A DNA stretch of 62,537 nucleotides, filler included, from Squatina squatina (Eukaryota): NCBI GenBank assembly GCA_031763465.1. It is 4 parts of 4 records of this genome, joined end to end, with 100 filler letters (N's around TTAATTAATTAA, not from the genome) between each part and the next. Parts side by side here need not be neighbours in the genome. Positions count along the whole stretch, not along the records: positions 27,878 to 49,374 come from JARFOE010000073.1; positions 49,475 to 62,537 come from JARFOE010000115.1; 2 more parts are not named here. One strand, 5' to 3'. This document shows, piece by piece, positions 38,989 through 51,265 of this stretch; the stretch's first letter is position 1; each line of letters begins with the position of its first letter. The notes below the pieces were generated by a model, which was not told the origin of the DNA, did not search any database, and was given only the letters and a program-made list of their open reading frames with translations. Both the position numbers and the translations under genes were made by a program.

Positions 38989-39808
38989 AATATCTTGAAA
39001 TGAAGAGTAATTCTGCTCATTTTAACCTGCAAATCAGTAGTTAATCCCAAATATTGTCCTGGCCTTTTTCTTGTACACATCTACCCAATGAATTTCAATG
39101 TTCCCCAGGGCATTAGCTCGACTACCTTAATTTCCCAGCTGTTGCTCAAATAAAATAACGCTGCCACCTTTCCTTCTTGTATCCTTCACCTCCTGAGTAG
39201 CCATCTCTCCAATTCCACAACACCATCATTTCCAGTTGCCACTAGTTCCACCACTTCATTACAAATATTTCGGGCATCCGTATACATTGTCTGTGCCCCC
39301 TCAACCTCCCTAGTCTGGTTTTGCTGTCTCGGTAATGTATACGTCCACAATCATCTCCAAAACAATGTAATATCTAATGTAAAACAGCAGGAGCAATCAA
39401 AATGGTCATAAACTGGCAGTTACACAGGAAGCATATTTAGTGGCCAAAATTCTCTTCAGAAAATACAAGATCTTAACAACATTCTTGTTGTGGCGTGTGG
39501 CGTGAGGGCAGCTTGCAATTCGTTGAAGGTGGAGACAAAGCAAAACACAATGCAAAGGCAAAACAAAAAGATAGAAGGCGAATTCTCTACTGAGCATCTT
39601 GCCCAAAACTTTGCATTTTTAAAGTGGAGGCTTCAGATTACCAGCAGTCATCAAACCTTATAATCCTTTTTATATAATAACTTTATTACTCGAGTCTCTT
39701 TCACAGACTGTAACGTAGTGAATGTAAAAATGAAAGAATTGTGCCATTTTGATAAACCAAGTGTGAAATATTGTGAAATACCAAGTAGTTGTCAGTTTCC
39801 TTACTTAC

Positions 39809-39911
39809 GTCGACATTCTTTGCAGCATTTGCCCACTCTATACACTGGCTGAAAATCTGATGGGCAGTTTAGAGGAGGACATGTGACTCGCCTGCACTCA
39901 ATGGCTCCATT
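39809..39911 (-). CDS. NELL1: NELL1 exon, VWC domain (103 bp)
   Basis: ccttcag|AATGGA...TCGAC|gtaagt; NGAIECRRVTCPPLNCPSDFQPVYRVGKCCKECR. Confidence 0.9.
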
Positions 39912-40359
39912 CTGAAGGAGAGAGAAAAGACAGTGATAAGAAATTAGCTTTAAACTTCTTGATGATTTATGCATGTTTATCCAATGAGTAACTGAGCCAT
40001 ACAGCCCAAGAAGGATTCCCTCCATCCTGACACAGCTGCTCTGGGAACTCTATGGGATGGGAACTCTACAATTAGCCTCAACGCCTCTGGGAAATTCAGC
40101 CAGGTTCCTTCTCCTGATCTATCCAACAACTCCTGCTGTAAATGCATGGCAGGGCATTAGGTAAGGACAGAATTGGATTCAGCTCTGATGTTAACTTCTC
40201 TTTCCACGCCCACCCCACCGTACCCGCAAATGGTCGAGTAGCTTGCCAANNNNNNNNNNNNNNNNNNNNNNNNNNNNNNNNNNNNNNNNNNNNNNNNNNN
40301 NNNNNNNNNNNNNNNNNNNNNNNNNNNNNNNNNNNNNNNNNNNNNNNNNGAACCAGTGG

Positions 40360-40670
40360 TTGTAGGATTTCCAAAAGGCATTCGATAATGTGCCACATTA
40401 AAAGGTTATTACACAAGGTAAGGGCTCTTAGGATTGGAGGTAATGTATTTGCATGGAGAGAGGATTGGTTAACGGACAGAAAACAGAGTAGGGATAAACA
40501 GGTCTTTTCCTTTCTAAGCTGTGAGGAGATACTACAAAGGGATATAGATAGACTAAGGTGAGTGGCCAGGAATGTGGCAGATGGAGTATAATGTAGGGAA
40601 ATGGGAGGTTATTCACTTTGGTAGGAAGAATAGAAAAACAGAACATTTCTTAAATGGGGAGAAGCTTTTA
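40360..40670 (+). mobile_element. CR1 reverse transcriptase fragment with internal deletion
   Basis: DFQKAFDNVPH/KRLLHKVRALRIGGNVFAWREDWLTDRKQ ... LQRDIDRL/EWPGMWQMEYNVGKWEVIHFGRKN. Confidence 0.85.
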
Positions 40671-40957
40671 AGGGAAAATTCAGGAAAACAAAGCGTACTT
40701 AATTTTGGATACAGTACATCTTCAGTGCCCCCTATTGCTAGTTCATTTTCAACATTATTAAGTTACCCAACCAAACCACAAATTCATTCTGACTATACAA
40801 ACAAGTTGCAAGCCCTTCCTTTGAATCCTACAATGGAAGGATCCATCCAATTATCCATTTAACTATGGCTATACGAAAGACTAAGATATAAAATGGAGCC
40901 AATGCTTTTAAGTTAAAAATCCCATACAAGAGCAAGACTATATTCTGGTAAACTTAC

Positions 40958-41040
40958 TTTTGTCGTCATTTTGGCGAGAAGCTCCTGTAGATCCATAATG
41001 CCTTGCACCAGATTAAGGAAGTCACTGCATGTTGGGCATG
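40958..41040 (-). CDS. NELL1: NELL1 exon, coiled-coil region (83 bp)
   Basis: tttggag|CATGCC...ACAAAA|gtaagt; CPTCSDFLNLVQGIMDLQELLAKMTTK versus human NELL1 CPTCSDFLSLVQGIMDLQELLAKMTAK. Confidence 0.93.
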
Positions 41041-41613
41041 CTCCAAAAAGGCAAAAAGTAAAGAAAGGACAAAAGTGTAAGAAATTCTCTAGAGAGAGAG
41101 AATATACCGAGTACAATACTGATAACCCCATGGGCGATCATGTAGATTCACTAAAAGCGTGTTTTCATTTTGGTCACAGTTTCCATGGCAATGGCAAGAG
41201 GTCTAATTTTGCTTTGCATTGCCTTCAAAAATGATAGAAAAGTAACATTGGCACACATAATATAACATTACACTCTTGCAATTTAGATGGCCATGATTTC
41301 CATAGCAATGACAAAACAAGCCTTCAATTGTAACCATGGAATTTGTACCAAACCTGTCTGAAAGCGCACGTTTCATGAATCTGCATTGCCACATCATCCC
41401 CATTCATTCCCTGATGTAGCTCGTCAACGGAGTTTTATTTAACTGCCGTCGCTGATTTATTCGCAAGTTGCCTTGTGTTCTCAAGCCCCTGAAAAATATT
41501 TTTCTGAAGGATGNNNNNNNNNNNNNNNNNNNNNNNNNNNNNNNNNNNNNNNNNNNNNNNNNNNNNNNNNNNNNNNNNNNNNNNNNNNNNNNNNNNNNNN
41601 NNNNNNNNNNNNN

Positions 41614-42300
41614 GCCGCCAAAGTGCTTCCAGCCTGCCGCCAAAATGCTCCCAGCCTGCCGCCAAAATGCTCCCAGCTGGCGACCAAAGTGCTCACAGCC
41701 TGCGGCCAAAGTGCGCTCAGCCTGTGGCCAAAGTGCGCTCAGCCTGTGGCCAAAGTGCTCGCAGTCTGAGGCCAAAGTGCACCCAGCCTTTGGCCAAAGT
41801 ATTCCCAGCCAGCTGCCAAAATGCTCCGAGCCTGCGCCAAAGTGCTCCCAGCTGGCGACCAAAGTGCTCCCAGCCTGCACCAAAGGTGCTTGCAGTCAGC
41901 CGCCAATGTTTGCCCAGCCTTCGGTCTAAGTGATCCCAGTCTGTGGCAAAAATGCTCGCAGCCGGCCACCAAAGTGCTCCCAGCCGGCCGCCAAAGTGCT
42001 CCCAGCCTTCAATAAACATGCTCCCAGCCTGCCGCCAACGTGCTCCCAGCCTGCGACCAAAGTTCTCCCAGCCTGCCGATAAAGTGCTCCCAGCCTGCCG
42101 CTGAAATGCATACAGTCTGTGGCCAAATTGCTCCCAGCCTGCCGCAAAAGTGTTCCCAGCCTGCACCCAAAGTGCTCCCAGCCTGCCGCCAAAATGCTCC
42201 CAGCCTGCCGCCAATGTGCTCCCAGTATTCCGCCAAAATGCTCCCAGCCTGCCGTGAAAGTGCTATCAGCCTGCTACTGAAATGCACCCAACAGCAGCCA
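41614..42300. repeat. GC-rich minisatellite, 22-bp unit, ~30 copies
   Basis: Consensus about CCAAAGTGCTCCCAGCCTGCCG; intronic in NELL1 and truncated by a gap on the left. Confidence 0.92.
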
Positions 42301-42957
42301 GCCAATTTAAAAGCTAAAAATGGAAAATATCCAACCCCACTGTGCCTCACCTAGTCATCTTCCTCTTGAATGAAAATATAATGTGAGACATGTGGCAGGA
42401 TTAACCCATACCCTGCTCAACAGATGCAACCAAGTGCTGAATAAACGATGGGTTTAAACTATGCTGTGAGTTGTGCTTTAAGGATTAAGCTTGAAAAGCT
42501 TCTCTTATTTTCCTCCAACGCGGTGTGGCGGTGAGAATCAAATCCAGTCATTGCTGTTATGGTCTGATAAGCAGGCACAGGTACAAGGAGAAGGCTGGTC
42601 AAAGTCAAGCACTCTCACAGGGAAGAGAAGGTCATTTACGAAGAAAAAAAATTGGATTAAATTTCAGTAATGCGAGTGGTGCGTGAAAGCACAGGTCCGA
42701 GCTGCTTGTGCAAATCACAAAACAATGGTCATCATATCTCCTGTGCAGACCCAAAAGAGCACTACATGATCAGTGGCATGGAACTGTATTGGCTTTTAAG
42801 AACCAGCAATATTTCAAACTTGGCTCGAACGCGTTTCGTTATTACTGAGAGGAGTCANNNNNNNNNNNNNNNNNNNNNNNNNNNNNNNNNNNNNNNNNNN
42901 NNNNNNNNNNNNNNNNNNNNNNNNNNNNNNNNNNNNNNNNNNNNNNNNNNNNNNNNN

Positions 42958-43350
42958 TCACATCCTCAGAATGTCCCAAAGCATATCAGAACCAAATCAT
43001 TTTTAAAGTGCAGTCAGAAAGCACTGCAGCTATTTTGAGCACAGCAAGATCCTACAAACAGCGCATGAATGAAATGACCAACTAATCTGCTTTTTGCCAT
43101 GTTGGTTGAGGGATGAATATTGGCCCAGAACTTCCTGCCCTTTCACAACTAGTTCCCTGGGATCTTTAATGTCCACTTGAGCTGGCAGGCGGGCTCTCCA
43201 TTTAATGCAACGTCTGAAAGAAGGCATGCCCAACAATGCAGCGCTCCTTCATTACTCCACTGACTTTCAGTCCATAGTGGGTGCTTGACACCACAACACT
43301 CTGAATGGGAGGGCGAGTGTGTTACCAGCCGAACCAAGCTGAGGCCAAGA
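42958..43350 (-). mobile_element. Diverged Deu-domain SINE
   Basis: Reverse complement of the same core (gcacagcaagatcctacaaacagc...gggatctttaatgtccacttgag...tttaatgcaacgtctgaaag). Confidence 0.65.
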
Positions 43351-43706
43351 ACAGAAACATTTGAGAGTAATTCATAATGCACCAATCATGGTCATGTACA
43401 GTGCTTGACATTTAATATGGTCAGAAATTAAGCATTTAAAACTAAACTGCTCAGCCGGCATTTCTACCAAAGATACTCAGTACACACAGCAGGAAATCTC
43501 AGTAGGAATAAAGGTACAATTAAAGCCCATCAAAGAGACATTTTGCGGATTTGCTTTTTAATATGTACTCTTTTTATATACAAAGCCCAGGACATGTGAC
43601 TTGAAATTGGTTTTCCTGCACTCTCACATTTCCACAAAGTTCATTAGCTTGGTAATGTGTCGTCCCTGACAGGTATTATTATGGTAGGAACACACTTGGT
43701 ACTTAC

Positions 43707-43779
43707 TGCGATTAAGATTTGGGCACTGTATTATATATCCATTAGGCATCAAGACGATTTTGACATCTTGCAGAATGCC
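43707..43779 (-). CDS. NELL1: NELL1 exon, end of LamG/TSPN domain (73 bp)
   Basis: ttttag|GGCATT...ATCGCA|gtaagt; GILQDVKIVLMPNGYIIQCPNLNR versus human GIIQDGKIIFMPNGYITQCPNLNH. Confidence 0.9.
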
Positions 43780-45665
43780 CTAAAAAAAAAACATAAATTA
43801 GGGGAAAATGAGCATAAGTCGCAGCATGACACAAATTTAGAACATTAGTATTCATGTGGCTGGAGTCACTCACAAACGGCTGGAATAAATTCTGACAGAG
43901 AGAACAGTCAGACGTTTCAGGAATACATTTTGGTTCACAGTACGAGAGCAATGTCTGCCACGGCATGCTTGGCTATGTAGGACAACAGTAATTAGCCTCA
44001 TTGAAAGCTTTGGTCCAAATCACAAAGTATTACCCTAGCACTCACTGTAAGGTTCCATATTATAGTTCTCATTATTAATCTGCAAAATTAGTTGGCAGGC
44101 CTCTGTATCAGGTTCCAATTAGGTTTGGGACATTCACATTTCATTACAGTGTGTCAAGGTCAGAGTGCAATTAGTGTGTCAAATGCACAATGAACATTTG
44201 ATAATGTGAGTGATTCAATCACTAATTGAAAAACTTTTACAGACCGCTCATTCGTTCACTAAACAAAAGTTAACAAGCTGTTGCAAAATACTGTTATTAA
44301 ATATAAAATTAATAATCACCAGCTATCAGTCAGGATCGAATGAAGATTATTCCAGATGTTTGATATACATACAGAAGATATTAGATATCATCACAGTTGT
44401 TGTTCAAGATAAATATTTTTAACATTTTCACTTTGCTTACAGGTCTTTGTGCTGCATCTTGCGAATCATGACGAGCTTCAAACCAGGGGTTGTTGGAGGC
44501 CACTCAGAAAACTGCCCAGGAAATGTGAACATTTTTGGGGGCGAGGCCATGAGGAGCAGGAGTGCTCTTCCCAGGCCCACAAAAAAAATCCAGCCTGTTG
44601 ACAGCCCATCCAAGGCCCATTCCATTACCACCAACCCCCCACCCCAACCCCCACACCGACACGCAGGTTCCAACTGTCTGCCGGCTCAAGGTGGGAGCTG
44701 GTCGATTTCCTGCAGTCGTACCACCGGCGAGTGGTATGTAAATGAGGCCACGGCCGAAAACTCGCTCAGGCCTCATACCAGCAAGAACGGGCAAGGCTGC
44801 AGGAANNNNNNNNNNNNNNNNNNNNNNNNNNNNNNNNNNNNNNNNNNNNNNNNNNNNNNNNNNNNNNNNNNNNNNNNNNNNNNNNNNNNNNNNNNNNNNN
44901 NNNNNGGTGGTAGAGGTTGCAGGTTTGGGAGGTGCTGCAGTGCATCTTGTAGACGGTATCACTGCAGATGAATTGTACAAGCCGAGACTGGACAACAAAA
45001 GCAGCTGAGGGAGAGAAGTGATGTGCTAACAGAAGCATGCAAGACTGCAAAAGCATACCGAGAGAGCAGCAGGCTAGATATTACACTGAAAGGTTAGATT
45101 GAGAAATCACTCAAGCTTTTTGTTAAGTTCAGCTCAGGTAAAATGTCAAATTTGGTATTTAAAAAAAAATCATTGCTGAAACTGGTTTTAATATGGATTC
45201 CGACATGAAACCTTTGTTCAAACTGTTTTGAAGACTGATTCCTGCATCAAATTATTGTTCGAACTGGTTTTAATACTGATTCCTGCATTAAACCACTGGA
45301 AACTTCATCCCTGCATTCCCACCGACAGTACAGAAATGACGAGTGTTTAAACAGCTGCTTCTGGTGAGCATTTTTATTGCCTAAAACATACAAAAGTGAA
45401 AGACACGGGTGCTCTGATCTCAGCGGCATTTCGTTTATTATCTTCATCCCATTACTGACTTCAGTAAACCAGTTTTGTGGTATCAATGGTGAATAATTTT
45501 CTCAAAACAGGATGGTTTAAAACTCAAGATTATGAAAAATTAAAGCCAAGTAATGTGATTCAAGAAAGTTGGAGGATGTGGACTTCAGAGTGGCTGATAT
45601 CAAGAATTCCGTGCACCATGCAAAACATGTCCCCCTAACCATGGACGCAATATTCCAAGTCTTAC

Positions 45666-45836
45666 CTGTTGCAGTCCACATGTAATAAGAGATGGGAAGC
45701 ACTGATCGAAAGTGCAATCCGGTGCCACATCCCATCAGCCAGTCGATATGGGAATACTTCGGTGCGGGGTTTACCATTGAAACGGTAGTGATATCTTATC
45801 TCATCCCTTTGGCCGCTGCTCTCCAGTTCAAAATAC
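45666..45836 (-). CDS. NELL1: NELL1 exon, LamG/TSPN domain (171 bp)
   Basis: atgcag|GTATTT...CAACAG|gtaaga; YFELESSGQRDEIRYHYRFNGKPRTEVFPYRLADGMWHRIALSISASHLLLHVDCN. Confidence 0.95.
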
Positions 45837-46855
45837 CTGCATTCAGTACAACAAGTAATAAAATCAAACTATTCAAAGGTTGATATTCAGTGCAACCTAT
45901 AGCAACATAAAAGCACAGTCCCGATGTATTCATTAAAACACAGATATATTATGCTGGACTTTATTAACTGACTTGTGAACAGTTCGAATTTCTTTGCAAA
46001 TTCCACATTCAAGTCTCACTTTCAACCAGGAAAATATTGATTATGCCCGTTTACTTAAGAAATGTCAGGCCATACCCATGTGATAATCCTTTTCTCCCTC
46101 AAATAAAGCCACTCCACCAAGTGCTAATCTTCAATTCCAATCAACCAGACCAAGCTGAATGACAAGACATGACATTCTCCTTAAAGTGAATGTACTGGTT
46201 ATACAACAGCACAAGTGCATATTGTATCCACGCCAGAAATTCTTAGTTTCTTTTTTTTTGGAAAGGGAGACAACTGGTGCTGTCAAAATTGAAAGGACCT
46301 CTAATAGGCAAAGTGGATTCAAACTGTTCCGGCCAGGTCACAACTGAAGGCTGTCCAAAAGGACAGGTAGAGCATGGTAGAGAGCAGACTTTCAATCCAA
46401 AAGGAAGGAATGTTATAGTTGGCAGTTCGTAAAGCAAATTTCTTCAACTGCTCTACCCCAGGTGTGGCATAGGTGACCTACACCACAGTAGTACCATTGG
46501 CCTTGCTGCTCCTTGAGGACTATGTTCAACAACAGATAGTATCCTGATTACATTTAAGCTCTGCTGTGTGAAATCTCAGTGATATATGAGCAACAAGTTC
46601 CAAATGAATATAAAAAATAAACTGATGTAAGTCAGATTGGACTGTAGTATCTTGCTATACTGACCACTGAATCACGCCCATTCTTGTCCTGCCTGCTGCA
46701 TAAAATGTACATTGCATAGCAGTTTCTTGTACCCCTTATGCTTTCTAAATTTCTTNNNNNNNNNNNNNNNNNNNNNNNNNNNNNNNNNNNNNNNNNNNNN
46801 NNNNNNNNNNNNNNNNNNNNNNNNNNNNNNNNNNNNNNNNNNNNNNNNNNNNNNN

Positions 46856-46933
46856 GGTCATCGACCCGAAACGTTAACTCTGTTTTTCCCTCCACAGATG
46901 CTGCCTGACCTGCTGAGTTTTTCCAGCATTTTA
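46856..46933. mobile_element. Penelope-like element terminal fragment
   Basis: ggtcatcgacccgaaacgttaactctg...cacagatgctgcctgacctgctgagtttttccagcattt, a motif I recall from shark Penelope-type repeats; a related inverted piece lies at ~53800-53862. Confidence 0.55.
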
Positions 46934-47125
46934 CTAACAAATTGCTTTGTTGCTTAAACCATGGAAAAATTTCCAATGGCCCATTTTGCCTCAAATTTAA
47001 ACCCCATGTGAAGAATAAATACCATTACACTTCTGAAACTTGTGCAGTGTTAACCAATAGGTTGCAGGCTTGCTTGTAAAAATTATTATTCGTTCGTTCA
47101 CCGGGTGCGCTGCACATTACTCTAC

Positions 47126-47276
47126 CTGAGATCAGACTCATGGATGGACAAGATGACCCCAGAGGTTAAACTCTTTTGTTGGATCGTGGCTACAATTGTG
47201 AACTCGCTTTTATTTCTAAGCAGCTGAATCACTTTCTCGGCCACATGTGAAGCCGCCTGTATTTGTCTCTCCACAT
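47126..47276 (-). CDS. NELL1: NELL1 exon, TSPN domain (151 bp)
   Basis: tcctcag|ATGTGG...TCTCAG|gtagag; DVERQIQAASHVAEKVIQLLRNKSEFTIVATIQQKSLTSGVILSIHESDL versus human DIEREIHAAPHVSEKLIQLFRNKSEFTILATVQQKPSTSGVILSI. Confidence 0.94.
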
Positions 47277-49374
47277 CTGAGGAAAACAAGCACAATCAGT
47301 CACAATCAACCATATGACACAATCTTCTAATACCATTCCCCTGACATCCCACACTGCTGATCTCCCCAGAAATCACCGAGTAAAGTTCACTCCCTGTTTA
47401 TTTTACCATCTCAATTTGAGATATATGCCAATAAAGAGGATAATAATGTAGAATCAAGAAACTATAGTGCATCCTTGAAAAGTTATGGTTTTGTTGCCTA
47501 GACCATTGCAGTTTTACTTTTTCATTATTTTGCACACAAGTTACACATTATGTCTATTTGTTAGACAACAGCACGCACACAGTATGCATTTGTGAATATA
47601 TTGTGCCTCTATTTAGAGTAATAAAGCTCAAAGACTTTTGCATAAATCTATAAAACACATACAGAGAATGAGATGAATCGATGAATCAGCTCTCGCAGTG
47701 GAATTCAGGCCGTCACAGACTAAACAATGGAGGAATATTCATATCTTTCATTAAGATTGTCAGGAAGTTTGGGTTTTCATTTCTTGTGTTGCTGTCATGT
47801 CAAAGCCTGCAAGTCTGTTCACTAACAGTTCCACGTCGAATATTAAAATCAATTTTGAAATAAACGGCACTGTTACATCCATGATAATGTTCCCCATTCC
47901 AATCCACCTCCTACTATTGAGAAAGCAGGCAAACTTCACAATCTAAACCACTAACACGCTGACACTGATAGCCAATACTAACCTGTATTATGCTGCATGC
48001 CATTTTAATTATGACAGCAAATCTATAAAGCTTGGTTTCAGTGAGCGTATCACCAGAATGCCAATGATTACAGCTCACTTCAAAAGTAGCAGGCTTCATC
48101 AACACAGTTCACAATTTTCCAGCATTATCTTTAANNNNNNNNNNCACCTTGCATTTGCTTGCTTAAAGATGGCACGCCAGATTCGCATCTGTGTCAGGAT
48201 GGAGGGATGACGGTGAAACTCAGGCCTATCGACTGTTTACTGTGCTGTCAATGCAAGTTGATGAACAAGAAAAAGACTGAACTAAATCCTTTGAAGAGTA
48301 GGTGTCCTTTACAGCATATTGCCAATTACATTTTAGATATTCAGCACCTGGGATCAGGAATGTCACAAGTGGATTCTCCCTGTTGTTCTCTCATGCTTGC
48401 ATGGCTTACTTTGACGTGAAATCAACACAGAACAGAGCAANNNNNNNNNNNNNNNNNNNNNNNNNNNNNNNNNNNNNNNNNNNNNNNNNNNNNNNNNNNN
48501 NNNNNNNNNNNNNNNNNNNNNNNNNNNNNNNNNNNNNNNNNNNNNNNNNNNNNNNNNNNNNNNNNNNNNNNNNNNNNNNNNNNNNNNNNNNNNNNNNNNN
48601 NNNNNNNNNNNNNNNNNNNNNNNNNNNNNNNNNNNNNNNNNNNNNNNNNNNNNNNNNNNNNNNNNNNNNNNNNNNNNNNNNNNNNNNNNNNNNNNNNNNN
48701 NNNNNNNNNNNNNNNNNNNNNNNNNNNNNNNNNNNNNNNNNNNNNNNNNNNNNNNNNNNNNNNNNNNNNNNNNNNNNNNNNNNNNNNNNNNNNNNNNNNN
48801 NNNNNNNNNNNNNNNNNNNNNNNNNNNNNNNNNNNNNNNNNNNNNNNNNNNNNAAGCGCCCTGGGATGTTTCACTGCGTTAAAGGCGCTATACAAATGCA
48901 AGTTGTTGTTGATTAACCAATTGTTTACTAACCACGCGGCCAGCTTCAACAGCCTCAGCAACTTTCTGCCCCTTAAGTTCAGTTCGCAATGACGCCTTAA
49001 TTCACACACGCTGCAATCCTCTAGTCTTTCGCACAATGGCGTGTTTTTTTTTTACTCTGCCTTTTGCTCGCTTCAGCGGAACATCACAAAAGTCATGAAT
49101 AAAATATGACGAATTTGATAGCATTCATTACAGAAGTTCCATCCATGACCACTGACGTGCTTGGGAAACTAATGGGCCCACTCCCCCTTTGTTTGGGAGA
49201 TATGTTGTGTGCGTGTGTTTGTGTCCTGAATATCTGTATCCCTTTTGTTGCTTAACCTTCCGCCAGCAGAGCAAACTCGCCAGAAGACTGACTGAGGAGA
49301 GAGAGAGAGAGAGAAAGACAGCTGTATGGATGGTGGTGAGAAGGTTAAGGAGGTGAAGGAAAATGATTGATTTC

Positions 49375-49474
49375 NNNNNNNNNNNNNNNNNNNNNNNNNN
49401 NNNNNNNNNNNNNNNNNNTTAATTAATTAANNNNNNNNNNNNNNNNNNNNNNNNNNNNNNNNNNNNNNNNNNNN
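49375..49474. other. Artificial scaffold-join spacer
   Basis: 44 N + TTAATTAATTAA (49419-49430) + 44 N. Confidence 0.97.
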
Positions 49475-49941
49475 TAGAGATGTTGCTTTACCAAGTAGCA
49501 CAGAACTTATTAACTGGACACAAGTAGCAGTTACACATACTACATTGAAACTCCGAAGTCTGAAAACTACTTGGGTGTAATCAATTTGTTCAAATAATAA
49601 AACGAATCCACTGAACTAAAACCACAAGCTAAATTACAGGGTGAATAATGGAGCTTGTAAACTACCCAAAATCCTTGATGGGTAGAAAATCCCTGAAACA
49701 AGCTTGTAATTTACTCTAACCTTGCCTAATATGAATCCGTACAAGTTTCCCTGCCTTCAATTTGGTAAGTGGTTGGCATCACATCAGAAGGTACAACAGT
49801 CAACATCAACAGTGAGAATGGGACAGACATGTAGCATAAAGTGCAGAATAAAAAAACATACCAAAATAGAACACATGCACTACAGTTTAGAAGAATCCAA
49901 GCAATTTGTTAGTAATTTTGCAGAGGGCGATAGTTACATAC

Positions 49942-50013
49942 CATCTCCATGGCTTTGTTGTAGACATCTTTCGCTCCTGCAACAGCAGCTAGATTGTTGG
50001 CTTCAGCGGTCGC
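49942..50013 (-). CDS. ATL2: Atlastin-2 exon, start of three-helix bundle (72 bp)
   Basis: tttatag|GCGACC...GAGATG|gtatgt; [24 protein letters not shown]; AVAGA as in ATL2. Confidence 0.9.
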
Positions 50014-50195
50014 CTATAAAAAAATGACTGCTTTNNNNNNNNNNNNNNNNNNNNNNNNNNNNNNNNNNNNNNNNNNNNNNNNNNNNNNNNNNNNNNNNNN
50101 NNNNNNNNNNNNNNNNNNNNNNNNNNNNNNNNNNTGTGTCAGCTATAAATAACTGGAACACAAGCCAAAACATAACTCAAATTCAGTATTGCGAG

Positions 50196-50196
<1 letters not shown>

Positions 50197-50239
<43 letters not shown>
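50197..50239. repeat. (CA)n microsatellite
   Basis: Seen directly. Confidence 0.95.
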
Positions 50240-50241
<2 letters not shown>

Positions 50242-50581
50242 CACAATTGTAAACTGCTGCATGCTCGATGCAAGTGATTAAAATAGATCAAAACTGTCAG
50301 CCTTCCTCATTCTTGTACAAACTATTTAAAACACTACTATTGCCATCCCTCAACACTCAACCTTCTTAGTACATGTTCCCAAGACAGCAAGTCTTATCCA
50401 GCCAGCAGGGGGCATTTGTGGCATTATCCACACAACTTTATCCTATTAAAATGCTGGATTCTCTCCAGCTTATAGGAATGCTGAGAAAAGCCAAATATAA
50501 TCAACTTGGTGTATTGATGTAGGGCAAGTACTTGCATAAAGTAAAGTTATGCAAAACTGAGGATAACATTTAAAATCTTAC

Positions 50582-50674
50582 CTCCAACCGTTTTTCCAAG
50601 AGGCTCTTGCCTCCTTCCAGCCCATATGGATGTTCATAGGGATAACTCCAATCTCTTATTAAAAACATTAGAGT
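50582..50674 (-). CDS. ATL2: Atlastin-2 GTPase-domain exon (93 bp)
   Basis: atgtag|ACTCTA...TTGGAG|gtaaga; [31 protein letters not shown] versus human ATL2 [31 protein letters not shown]; contains the RD motif. Confidence 0.93.
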
Positions 50675-50734
50675 CTACATAGAAAATACACAATCAATTT
50701 TATTTAAATTTACCTTTCAGCAATTAAAAAAGGA

Positions 50735-51265
50735 ATTTTCACTTACATAGAACCTTTCACATCATCAGGACATCCCAAAGCACTTCCCAGCAAAAGTTAC
50801 TTTTGAAGTGTGGTCACTGTTGTAATGTAGGAAATGCAATCAATTTGCACACAGCAAGGTCCCACAAACAGCAAAGAGTTGCATGACTAGATAATCTGTT
50901 GGTTGAGGAATAAATGTTGGCCAGAACACAAGAACTTCCCTGCTCCTCTTTGAATACTGCCAAAGAACCTTTTGTCACTTGGAACAGACAAATGCGACCT
51001 CAGTTTAAATATTTCACCTGAAAGTCAACATCTTTGGCAGTGGAGCACTTCCTCAGCACCAATATTGCCTTTAATTTTGTGCGAGGCCCCTTGAAATTTG
51101 CTGCGTGGCAACAGCTGTGCAGGACCTCCTGATCGATGTGCAGCTGCACACCTTAGAGTGAACATTGCTGAACACTAATATCAGCCCAGATTATGTGCTC
51201 AAATCTCAGTGGAGCTTGAACTCATGATCTTATAACTCAGGCAAGAATGCTACCACTGAGCCAAG
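50735..51265 (-). mobile_element. Deu-domain SINE with a small internal insertion (~51058-51172)
   Basis: Reverse complement of SINE tail, core and head (caggacatcccaaagcac...gcacacagcaaggtcccacaaacagc...tgctaccactgagcca). Confidence 0.7.

Noticed and set aside
41404-42354. Overlapping ORFs with AAGWEHFGGR and PKCSQPAA repeats
   Set aside because: Artefacts of the 22-bp minisatellite, open in most frames.
45247-45486. VLGNKNAHQKQLFK as the missing NELL1 exon (LGQRNQKHGLFK)
   Set aside because: The similarity is weak, the upstream IYERVIDP motif is absent, and no fitting donor was found.
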